Of a DNA stretch of 64,000 nucleotides, positions 17,057-25,523 are shown piece after piece. A program made the translations under genes and the position numbers. Source of the stretch: Candidatus Undinarchaeales archaeon (GTDB lineage: Archaea; SpSt-1190; JASMDC01); NCBI GenBank assembly GCA_030753015.1, contig JASMDC010000020.1, positions 1-64,000 on the forward strand, written 5' to 3'. The notes under the pieces were generated by a model. It worked only from the letters and a program-made list of their open reading frames with translations. It was not told the DNA's origin and did not search any database. Positions within the stretch are counted from its first letter, which is position 1. Each line of letters opens with the position of its first letter.

Positions 17057-17875
17057 CTACTGGCCGCTGAACTCGCCCAGGGCGTCGATGGCGCCCTCCA
17101 GCGATTCCACTACCAGTGCACCAGCGCTCTCCAGACCTTTCACGATCTCCAGGCGCTTGATGGTCGCATCGGCAGAACCGGGGACGTAGGCAACAGCGGG
17201 GAGCTTCAGTTCCTCGAGAGCCTCACACATCGGTACCACAGATCGCATGGGATCCATCACAAGGAGCACAGCTTTCGTCCGGTTGTCCTCCGAGATCACG
17301 GGGAGCACGTCACGCTCGTCCGTTCCAACTACATGCTCTCCACCAAGGCCTATGCACAGGGACTGGCCTAATCCTGCCGACGTGAGAGCGGCCGTCACCG
17401 CTACACCGAGGGTGCAGAACCGGGTCACTATCGCGATGTCACCCTTGGACAGAACCTCGTGTGGCCAGGAACCAAGAACTGAGGCTCCCGGGCGTGCGAT
17501 GCCCACGCTCGCGGGTCCGATGACCGCCGTACCCTTCTCCCGGGCCAAGCGTACGAAACGCATGGTGTCTCGCAGGGGGACGCCTTTCGCACTCACGACC
17601 ACGAGCTTCAGCTCGTCCTCGATCGCCTCGTACACCGAAGGCGGCACCTCGGGAGGGGGAGTGAAGACCACTGTGGCGTCGGCCTCGTGCTCATCCAGGG
17701 CGTCCGACACGGTCTCGTACACGGGCACGCCATGGATTGCGAGGCCACCACGGCCAGGGGACACTCCCGCTACGACTTTTGTACCTGCTTCGATCATGCG
17801 GCCGGTGTGATACGCCCCCCGCTCACCGGTGATGCCCTGTACGATGACCCTTGTCCCGGTACCGGGCAGCATCAT
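17057..17875 (-). CDS. sucD: Succinyl-CoA synthetase alpha-like protein lacking the catalytic phospho-His loop
   Basis: VIVQGITG..G.YH, VAGVSPGRGG, GVPVY, GQSLCIGLGG are kept. GPNCPG is GPASVG, SRSGTL is TRFCTL, GEIGG is MDPMR, and MGHAGA is absent. Confidence 0.85.
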   Translation of the reverse strand: MMLPGTGTRVIVQGITGERGAYHTGRMIEAGTKVVAGVSPGRGGLAIHGVPVYETVSDALDEHEADATVVFTPPPEVPPSVYEAIEDELKLVVVSAKGVPLRDTMRFVRLAREKGTAVIGPASVGIARPGASVLGSWPHEVLSKGDIAIVTRFCTLGVAVTAALTSAGLGQSLCIGLGGEHVVGTDERDVLPVISEDNRTKAVLLVMDPMRSVVPMCEALEELKLPAVAYVPGSADATIKRLEIVKGLESAGALVVESLEGAIDALGEFSGQ

Positions 17876-18864
17876 TCCTCCTCACTCCCGACAAGCGCAT
17901 CAACTGCCTTCCCAAGGGAAGTTACCATCTCTATATCGGCCTCCTTCAGCCTGGCAGAGGCCTCATCCTGTCCTCCACCCGTGATGTGCACTCCAAGAGG
18001 CAGTCCTTCGTGCTCATTATACCAAAGCACAATTTCGTTCGTCAGGTCCGAACAGGGGTATATGCAACACGCAATGGAGATCAGCACTTGTTCTGTCGCC
18101 TTCTCGTCGGCCACCTCGTGGAGCGCGACAGCGATCAGTTCCTTCGTGATTGCCGGGCCCAGATCTATCACTCGTGATGGTGCGAGGTCATGTGCAGCGA
18201 GAGCATCGATGGCGGCCAATGCCATGCCCTTACCGGACACGACGCATCCCACAGAACCCGGGCCATGGATGACAGGGATAATGGTCTCGGCGTCCTTCAG
18301 CTCGGGGTGACGGGCACGTGCCTCGTCATCGACATAGAGCGAAGCGTGGACAGCGAACACGTCACCCTCCACGACCGCCAGGCACTCCACCTCCAGTCGT
18401 TCTGCGTCAGTGGTCTCGAACAGCTCGTACAGTCCGATGATGATGGCTGATCCTCGCAGGAGTGGTTGGTCTATCCATTCGACGGTGCGCAGCAGGCGCA
18501 ACGCCCGGAACGCGTCGAATCCGAGGATGGGGTCCACGTACTCTATATGCTCGTCCCCCTCACCCTGGATGGCGATGAGGGCTTGACGCCGTTCCTCGCA
18601 TACACGCATGGAAAGACGCACGCCGTCGTTCAGCGGCACCTTCCGCTCTATCACACATCCTGCGGAAGGGAACGATGACTCAAGTGACTTGGCGTTCTCG
18701 CACACGACCTTGGAGCCCCGGTCGAGCGGTCGCAATACTACGGGATAGCCCACGCTCCCGGCCACGTCCATGGCCTCGTTCACGGAGTGGGCCACTCCTC
18801 CTGGGGGGATTCTCACCTGTCGTGATTCAAGGAGCTCGCGGACCACGTCCTCCCGCAGGAACAT
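17872..18864 (-). CDS. sucC: Succinyl-CoA synthetase beta-like protein, degenerate
   Basis: Collinear with SucC (GYPVV, LYELF...DAE.LE, G.VGCVVSG.GMALA..D) but no GGRGK motif and about 50 aa short; ATGA-coupled to sucD. Confidence 0.8.
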   Translation of the reverse strand: MFLREDVVRELLESRQVRIPPGGVAHSVNEAMDVAGSVGYPVVLRPLDRGSKVVCENAKSLESSFPSAGCVIERKVPLNDGVRLSMRVCEERRQALIAIQGEGDEHIEYVDPILGFDAFRALRLLRTVEWIDQPLLRGSAIIIGLYELFETTDAERLEVECLAVVEGDVFAVHASLYVDDEARARHPELKDAETIIPVIHGPGSVGCVVSGKGMALAAIDALAAHDLAPSRVIDLGPAITKELIAVALHEVADEKATEQVLISIACCIYPCSDLTNEIVLWYNEHEGLPLGVHITGGGQDEASARLKEADIEMVTSLGKAVDALVGSEEE

Positions 18865-19191
18865 GGCGCGTGAGGGTGCGCTAACCTATATAAAACCCCG
18901 GTTACCGCCCGCCCTCCAATCACCCACGGAAAGCGAATCCTTTTGTAATTTGACATTGGAAGGGGGACAATCCGGACACTGGAAGGACGTCCCATAGGCA
19001 TGCGGGTCCGGTGTCTGGATGGTAATTACGCGATGACGAACCTAGCACAGACCATCACCACTCTCATGCTCTTGCTCACTCCCGTCACTGCCGCGGTTCC
19101 GGGGGCCGAGGAGCGCCTCGTCGACGTCATGGACCCGTTGTCAGTGGCTCTTGGCACCCTCCTCTGAGCCGCAGTCATCCACCTGGGTCTC

Positions 19192-20271
19192 GTGCTCGCC
19201 CAGGCTGTGTCGGAGGTCTTGAACACCTTCCTGTCGACCATTCCCTTGGAAGCGGGATTCTCTAAGGTGGTCATCAATGCCATCGATGGAGTGTGGGGGG
19301 GAGAGTTCGTTCGTTCGGAGCAGGATAACATCACGTTCGACGGCGACGCTTTCCTCATCTTCTGCAGGAATAAGACCTCTACCGATAAAGAGATGGTGCG
19401 GTACATCTCCCGGCTCTACCTGCGTGCTCACCGTCTCGCTCTGGAACCGTTCAAGAGCTTCATGTCACGAGAGAAAATGGAAAAGGAATTGCGCGCGAAC
19501 ATCCGTGAGGTAGCCAATCGACCGCTCTATCGGGCGGCAGGCGTCTCTGATGTGATGATGAACGCGTTCTTTGCGGACGATCATCCTTGGGGTTTCGATG
19601 CAATCGAGCGGGAATGCGGAAGGCTCCCCAACAAGTACTCGGCCATCCTCACCTACGAAACCCAGTTCCCCAAGGACCTGTTCATCGCGACGTTCATGGC
19701 AGCTAACCTGCGTGCCTATCGGAACGCTGCCTGGTTGTCCCCGGTCCGCTCCTCAGTAGCTCACAACCTCCTATCATTCCAGGAACTCGATGTGGACGCC
19801 CTCCTCGAGGACGGCCGCTTCATGCTCGTGTCCCTCGATCCCAACATCGAGGAGACAAAGACCACCTCACCTGGCTGCAGTACGGTCAATACGGGATTCA
19901 ACTCCCTTTCCTACGAGCTAGGGCAGATCATGGAATCGTTCCCGATAAGCTCTATCCTCGTCGTGCTCGAGTTCCCGGTCTCGGTAATCAAATCGGACAC
20001 GACCCTCCTCTACAAGTTCCTCCATCACATAACCGCACTCTGTGACCGGCACGATGCCACGTTGCTCTTCGTCGCTGACGTCTCACTATGCGACGATGGG
20101 ACTGCGGCCATGCTGAAAGACCTCTCGGAGATCGTCATCTCTGCAAGGGAGGATGAGCTCATCATCAAGGACGTGGGCAGGAGCATCGCACGACGACTGA
20201 CGTACCAGCTGAGCGAAGGGAAGCTAATCATCGACCGACCTGTCAAGGGCCCTGACGATGAAGAGGAGTGA
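19192..20271 (+). CDS. Protein with a C-terminal KaiC/RAD55-like RecA-fold domain, degenerate Walker A
   Basis: HPWGFDAIERECGRLPNKYSAILTYETQFPKDLF aligns by eye to IPTGI.GLD..LGGG.P....L..G.PG.GKT.F; later LLEDGRFMLV, TLLFV and LSEIVI. Start uncertain. Confidence 0.6.
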   Translation: MLAQAVSEVLNTFLSTIPLEAGFSKVVINAIDGVWGGEFVRSEQDNITFDGDAFLIFCRNKTSTDKEMVRYISRLYLRAHRLALEPFKSFMSREKMEKELRANIREVANRPLYRAAGVSDVMMNAFFADDHPWGFDAIERECGRLPNKYSAILTYETQFPKDLFIATFMAANLRAYRNAAWLSPVRSSVAHNLLSFQELDVDALLEDGRFMLVSLDPNIEETKTTSPGCSTVNTGFNSLSYELGQIMESFPISSILVVLEFPVSVIKSDTTLLYKFLHHITALCDRHDATLLFVADVSLCDDGTAAMLKDLSEIVISAREDELIIKDVGRSIARRLTYQLSEGKLIIDRPVKGPDDEEE

Positions 20272-20313
20272 CCGGCCTATGGGCCACGACATCTAGGGTC
20301 CCGTCGTCCCGGT

Positions 20314-21648
20314 CTAGAGCACCTCGTCCTTGGCCAACTGGAGAGCGCATGCACCCTCACCCGCGTGCCAGCTGAGACGCGGCCGTGTGCGGATGGCGTA
20401 AACCTTCTCGTTGGCATCATCGAGCATGAGCGCCGAGCCCACCTCCTTGGGTAGAGCATGGATGTACCCCTCGAGGGACTTCGACATGTACGAGCCCATG
20501 ATTGAGTTGAGGGAATTGACGTCCGGCTGCGCCGTAACACGGTGGGAGAGCAGCAGGTCGGTCTGTGAGTGGACGTCGGTATGGATCTTACCGGGCTGCT
20601 GCGTGGCGGCCACCAAGGTCACGCCGGGCTGACGCCCCTCACGCAGGATCCGGATGAGAGGCACCGACGCCGGGGTCACGCCCTCGCTTGGGTGGGGCAG
20701 GGCCTGGTGTGCCTCGTCGATGATCAGCCATGTCATCGGGATCATCTTCTTGGCCATTGCTGCAGAGTCCTCTCCACCGAACATCGATTGTGATGACTCC
20801 ACACCAGCGTGCTCCTCCACCTTCCTGGTGAGCATGCGTGCCTCCAGTATCTTGAGGGCCACGAGTCCGATGACAAGTGCCTTTGTGGAGAAACCGCCGA
20901 TGGCCGCTTCCAGTGTCGACGTGTCCAGTATGTTCACCTTGCCACGGGCGGCGATATCGGCGATGGCGGTACCGTCCTTTGAGAATATCCCCCAGTCATC
21001 GGCCGCGCTGAACCGGTTCTCGAGCGCCTCCTTGATGGACACGTCGCACTTCTTGTCGTTCCGGATCGTGTCGATGATCTCATCGATACCGAAGTCGGTA
21101 GCTAACTCGTTCTTGAGCGTCTTTACGACACGCTCGATGATGACACCGTACTTGCCGAAGAGCTCGAGCCCGAACGTGTTGCACCAGTCGTTGGCGGTGA
21201 GTTCCCCGGGGATGAAGGAGAAGGGTGCGTCGAAGGGGATGTTCATCTCCTTGTACTTTTCCACCCATCCGAGGGGAACCATGACGTTGACGTCGATGCC
21301 CGTGGGATCGAGGTCCCACATCCGCACGAGGTCCGCCTCCCGCTCGTTGGGAAAGCGCATGGTCCAGTAGATACCCATGATGTCCACGATGACGCAGGCG
21401 AGGTTATCCTTCACCTTGCGAGGAAGGAGCTGGATGCCCTCGGCGATGGTGCCCATCGTGTAGGACTTACCGGTACCTCGCTTCCCGCAGATGAACATGA
21501 CGTGGGGTTTCACCAGGTCGAGATGGACCTTGTTCGAAAGATTGACCTCGCCCCCTGTGGTCACGTAGTGCTTTCCAAGCATGGCTGTGCCCACATCACC
21601 CCACTTCTTCACGTCCTTGTCGCTGCGGCCGATATAGATCTCTTTCAT
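20314..21648 (-). CDS. HerA/FtsK-superfamily (DUF87) P-loop ATPase
   Basis: Walker A GKRGTGKS, VDIMG, Walker B LIIDEAH, REGRQPG and ATQQP. Confidence 0.9.
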   Translation of the reverse strand: MKEIYIGRSDKDVKKWGDVGTAMLGKHYVTTGGEVNLSNKVHLDLVKPHVMFICGKRGTGKSYTMGTIAEGIQLLPRKVKDNLACVIVDIMGIYWTMRFPNEREADLVRMWDLDPTGIDVNVMVPLGWVEKYKEMNIPFDAPFSFIPGELTANDWCNTFGLELFGKYGVIIERVVKTLKNELATDFGIDEIIDTIRNDKKCDVSIKEALENRFSAADDWGIFSKDGTAIADIAARGKVNILDTSTLEAAIGGFSTKALVIGLVALKILEARMLTRKVEEHAGVESSQSMFGGEDSAAMAKKMIPMTWLIIDEAHQALPHPSEGVTPASVPLIRILREGRQPGVTLVAATQQPGKIHTDVHSQTDLLLSHRVTAQPDVNSLNSIMGSYMSKSLEGYIHALPKEVGSALMLDDANEKVYAIRTRPRLSWHAGEGACALQLAKDEVL

Positions 21649-21652
21649 GTCA

Positions 21653-22333
21653 TCACACCTCCACCATTACTCTCACAGGCATTGAGTCTGTTCCTTTCGG
21701 TCGTTTGAAGAGCGTCGTCGCCACGGGCACCACGGCGCCCAGGACCTGCCCCCTGGCATGCTGGACCGCTTCCTTCAGTGCATGAAGACCCGCTCCACTG
21801 TCGGTGACGTTGTCAACGATGAGGACGTCGTCGTCCGGTCTTACGAGCCGGCGTCTGAGGATCAGCGTTTTACCATCCTCGCCGAGTACGGCGATTGCCG
21901 ACCGAGCATTGAGCCGAGCAGCGATCTGGATCGCCAACGCGGCACTGTCACATGTCACGACGAGGTCCACCTCATGGCTCTGGAACCGTCCTGCAACATC
22001 GTCCGCGACCAGTACGAGCAGTGCAGGGTTCTCACCTAACAGGGACAGGTCAACGGAATCTCCCGGTTCCGGCACAACCTGATGCCGGATGGCCTCTGCG
22101 AGAGGGAACCGTTCGCCAAGCACGCGTATGAGCTCCCGTGCCTTTTCCTCGCTCGGGACCACGCGGCCCTTGACGTACCGGTTGAGCACGGTGATGTCCA
22201 ATCCGGTGACATCGGCCAGGAAACTGTAGGTATAGCTATCCTTCAGATACCGGAGTAGCCCCACCGCCCGCAGTTGCAGGCGCATGCGCTCAACGCGCGT
22301 GAGCACTTCGCCCGTAATAATCCCCTTATACAT
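21653..22333 (-). CDS. HTH plus phosphoribosyltransferase-fold protein (archaeal PurR/Apt-like regulator)
   Basis: HTH YTYSFLADVTGLDITVLNRYVKGRVVPS; PRPP loop VLIVDNVTDSGAG (canonical VDD). Confidence 0.8.
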   Translation of the reverse strand: MYKGIITGEVLTRVERMRLQLRAVGLLRYLKDSYTYSFLADVTGLDITVLNRYVKGRVVPSEEKARELIRVLGERFPLAEAIRHQVVPEPGDSVDLSLLGENPALLVLVADDVAGRFQSHEVDLVVTCDSAALAIQIAARLNARSAIAVLGEDGKTLILRRRLVRPDDDVLIVDNVTDSGAGLHALKEAVQHARGQVLGAVVPVATTLFKRPKGTDSMPVRVMVEV

Positions 22334-22362
22334 AAACGTGTCTAATGGTATTTAAGGATTCC

Positions 22363-22674
22363 TCAGACGGGGAACTGGAACCCGAACCGCTGCAGGTCGA
22401 TAATCCCATCGATCACGTCGACGCCTTCCTCGTGTAAGAGTTCCACCTTACGGGGGACACCACCACCGTAGCCACCTATCGAGCCGTCGGCACGCACTAC
22501 GCGATGGCAGGGGACCACCACTGGACGTGTGTTCGCATGAAGGGCATTCCCTACCGCCCGAGCAGCCCGTGGGGAGCCCAGTGCCCGGGCCAGCTCACCG
22601 TAGGTCGTGACCCTACCTTTTGGGATATTGCATGTGAGCTCGAGCACCTTTTTGTTAAAACCCATGGACCCCAT
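22363..22674 (-). CDS. ogt: Methylated-DNA--protein-cysteine methyltransferase (MGMT family)
   Basis: IPKGRVTTYGELA, ARAVGNAL, VPCHRVV, GGY. Confidence 0.93.
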   Translation of the reverse strand: MGSMGFNKKVLELTCNIPKGRVTTYGELARALGSPRAARAVGNALHANTRPVVVPCHRVVRADGSIGGYGGGVPRKVELLHEEGVDVIDGIIDLQRFGFQFPV

Positions 22675-22726
22675 GCTCACGGTTATGCCTCCAAGTATTT
22701 ATATCTCGAACGCTATAATAATACAT

Positions 22727-23005
22727 ATGGACGAGCGCCTCATCATTAGTGCTCTGGTGGCGGCCCTCCTTGTCCTGAGCCTGTGTACGACACCGAAAAG
22801 CGAGTCGAAAGAACCCGAGATTACTGAGGAGGAGCTCCAGGAAGCGCTCGATAACTGCGCTTCTGTGGATTTCAACGATGAGCGGGACACCTGCTATAAC
22901 CGCCTCCTCGTCGAGACCGTCAATACCACGTTATGTGAGCTTATTTCGAACATAAACCTCAAGAAGGAATGTCGGGCTCGGACCTCGGAGAATGCCCTCG
23001 GTTGA
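22727..23005 (+). CDS. Small exported or lipid-anchored Cys-repeat protein
   Basis: Signal-like LIISALVAALLVLSLC; C...RDTCY...LCE.I....K..C pattern. Confidence 0.65.
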   Translation: MDERLIISALVAALLVLSLCTTPKSESKEPEITEEELQEALDNCASVDFNDERDTCYNRLLVETVNTTLCELISNINLKKECRARTSENALG

Positions 23006-23017
23006 GTCTCCTGGCTG

Positions 23018-24703
23018 TCAGCCCCGTGCCTTCTGGATTGTGTAGATACGCCGTAAGCGGTCCACGTCGTCGGCGTCATCCGGTCCCAGGTCCTCGCGGA
23101 ACCGGACCAGTCGAGGGAAACGTAGAGCATACCCGGAGCTATAGGTCGGGGACTGCTGGAGCTCTTCGTACGCGACCTCTACCACTATACGCGGAGTGAA
23201 CGTGACCTCCCGTCCCGACTCCTGCACCATGAGCGGTCGGAGCTCCTCGGTTATGTGAGCGAACTGCTCGTCTGTCAGGCCGGTGCCCATCCGTCCCACA
23301 AGTGCGAAACCGTCACCGTCGCGGACCGCAAGCACAAGGCTACCGAACCAGGACGCACGGCGACCTTCACCCCACTCGGCACCCACGACCACCACGTCAA
23401 GCGTCTCGAGTGTTGGCTTGAGCTTGTACATGTAACCGACGCGCGAGCCGGCTTGATAGGGAGCATCGAGGTTCTTGATCATGGCCCCCTCATGCCCCTG
23501 GGAAAGAGCCTCCTCGTAGAACTCCCGCGCCGCATCGGCATCGGCGGTGACCAGAGTGCGGGAGAGGAGCACGCGACCGCTCTCGTCGACGATACCCTCG
23601 AGCTCTTGGCGCCGCTCGCGGAGGGGAAGCTCTACCAGTGTACGTTCTCCAACGAGGAGCACATCAAAGAGGTTGAGTATCACGGGGATGGCCCTCGCCA
23701 TGCGCTCTATGTCGTACTTGCGCCGGACGCGTCGGGACAGCTCCTGGAAGGGTAGGGGCATTCCTGTCTCGTCAACGGCCACCAGCTCACCTTCGATAAT
23801 ATACCGTTCGGCTCTGACAGCGTCACGTACAGCCCCGACGATCTCGGGGAACTGGCGTGTGACGTTCTCCAACCGGCGGGTGAAGAGGGTAATCGTGTCA
23901 CCGTCCCGGTGCACTTGGAGCCTGATACCGTCGTACTTGTATTCGAAGGCGGCCGTACCCCCGGCACCAGTCAGTCCTTCCTCGACCGTGGGCACCTTCT
24001 GGGCCAACATGCACTTGAGAGGTGTCCCCGGTGCAAGCTTGATGGCGTCCAGGGCCTCCTGGCCCCCATCTCGTGCGGCCACGGCCACACGGCCATAATC
24101 ATTGACCAAGGCGTGAGCGCGCTCGATAACGGCTGGCTCCACTTCGTACGCAAGAGCTATGGCGTCCCGCATCACGCCCTCTCCGACCCCTACACGCATC
24201 TGCTCCAGGACCAACCGGGTAAGGAAGCGGGCCTCAAGGGCGGTCGCGTTGCTCAGAAGGTCGATAATGACCTTGGCTTTGTGGGACTGGGAGTCCGTAC
24301 CGCTCTTCTGCGCGAGCCTGCAGAGCGCGTCGTGGACCTCGGTCACTGTGAGGGTACGCTCTCCCCCTCCACCAGCGAAGGTCAACAGGCTCGTCTGAGG
24401 TTTCTCTAGGACGCACGCTTCCACAGCGAGGCCAATGTCCCCCAGGTCCCGGATGCGCCGCTCCAGCGACTCGACGGTGAAACCGGAGACCGATGACGCC
24501 GCCTTGAGAAAGAGCTTCTCCCCGTACTCTAGCTTCTTGCCGGAATATGTGGGGAACACTCGTCCCATCACCAGAAGGGGGATGCGGTCCAGCAGTTCGG
24601 ACGGCGTCCGCCGGAGGAGCTCAGCAACGATGTCCCGCTTCTCCAGCCGCTTTGACGTGGCCTCGAGAGCAGCGTATACCTCAGCGAGCTCACCGAACCG
24701 CAT
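23018..24703 (-). CDS. lig: ATP-dependent DNA ligase
   Basis: Motif I EYKYDG.R.Q.H, motif III IIEGE, motif IV EGAMIK, motif V YKLK, motif VI LRFPR...R.D. Start ATG 24703. Confidence 0.97.
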   Translation of the reverse strand: MRFGELAEVYAALEATSKRLEKRDIVAELLRRTPSELLDRIPLLVMGRVFPTYSGKKLEYGEKLFLKAASSVSGFTVESLERRIRDLGDIGLAVEACVLEKPQTSLLTFAGGGGERTLTVTEVHDALCRLAQKSGTDSQSHKAKVIIDLLSNATALEARFLTRLVLEQMRVGVGEGVMRDAIALAYEVEPAVIERAHALVNDYGRVAVAARDGGQEALDAIKLAPGTPLKCMLAQKVPTVEEGLTGAGGTAAFEYKYDGIRLQVHRDGDTITLFTRRLENVTRQFPEIVGAVRDAVRAERYIIEGELVAVDETGMPLPFQELSRRVRRKYDIERMARAIPVILNLFDVLLVGERTLVELPLRERRQELEGIVDESGRVLLSRTLVTADADAAREFYEEALSQGHEGAMIKNLDAPYQAGSRVGYMYKLKPTLETLDVVVVGAEWGEGRRASWFGSLVLAVRDGDGFALVGRMGTGLTDEQFAHITEELRPLMVQESGREVTFTPRIVVEVAYEELQQSPTYSSGYALRFPRLVRFREDLGPDDADDVDRLRRIYTIQKARG

Positions 24704-24725
24704 GTCCAGAGAGCGACCGTCAAAG

Positions 24726-24733
24726 ATATAAAA
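24726..24733. promoter_or_regulatory. TATA box (ATATAAAA) between divergent lig and nitroreductase genes
   Basis: 22 nt from ATG 24703(-) and 21 nt from ATG 24755(+). Confidence 0.6.
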
Positions 24734-24754
24734 GTGGAGCGGGTAGGGCCGCCT

Positions 24755-25474
24755 ATGGAGGTGCTGCGGGCCATCAAGGAGCGAAGGAGCGTGCGCAAGT
24801 TCAAGCACAAGCAGGTCGACCACGAGCTCCTCATCACCATTCTCGACATGGCGCGGTGGGCGCCCTCAGCGGGCAACCTTCAGCCTTGGGAGTTCATCAT
24901 CGTTGAGGACAAGTCCGTCCAGGAGTCTCTGGCGTCCGCTGCCCTCAACCAGGACTACATCACCGATGCACCGGTGATGGTGGTGGTGTGCGCGGACACT
25001 GAGCGCAGTGCTCTCCGCTTCGGAATGCGAGGCAAGCATCTCTACTCATTGGCCGAGACCGCTGCTTCGGTCCAGAATATGCTCCTCGCAGTTCACGCTC
25101 TGGGTCTGGGCTCATGCTGGGTCGGTGCATTTCATGAGGACGCGGTGCGTAACATACTTGAGCTCCCTGAGTCGGTCGTGCCGATCGGTATCATCCCTAT
25201 CGGATGGCCCGACGAACAACCCAAGGCCCCACCCCGGGTCGATCTTTCCCACATGGTCCATCACGACAGGTACGGTCACATGGAGCCTGTGAAGGGCACA
25301 GGACGGTATGACGTCCACCGTGTGGTCGAGGAGGATGTGCGCAAGGACATCCTTGAGGAGGAACGGTCCAAAGAGGCCGCCGTCGATATCGACAGCGACC
25401 TCGACATCGAGCCTCCGCCGAAACGGAAGAAGCGACATAAGAAGGGGAATCCCTTGTTGCGTCTGTTCGGCTGA
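24755..25474 (+). CDS. Nitroreductase family protein with a charged C-terminal extension
   Basis: RRSVRKF, APSAGNLQPW, QNMLLA..ALGLGSCWVG, IPIGWP. Confidence 0.93.
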   Translation: MEVLRAIKERRSVRKFKHKQVDHELLITILDMARWAPSAGNLQPWEFIIVEDKSVQESLASAALNQDYITDAPVMVVVCADTERSALRFGMRGKHLYSLAETAASVQNMLLAVHALGLGSCWVGAFHEDAVRNILELPESVVPIGIIPIGWPDEQPKAPPRVDLSHMVHHDRYGHMEPVKGTGRYDVHRVVEEDVRKDILEEERSKEAAVDIDSDLDIEPPPKRKKRHKKGNPLLRLFG

Positions 25475-25523
25475 CCACAGCGGTAGGCGCGGATTTTTAT
25501 TTCTTATTGCTAGTCCCCTTCCT

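Noticed and set aside
25400-25445. SV40-type NLS look-alike (PPPKRKKRHKK) in the nitroreductase tail
   Set aside because: Lys-rich tails recur in this window (sec11, tfs); there is no basis for a targeting function in an archaeon.
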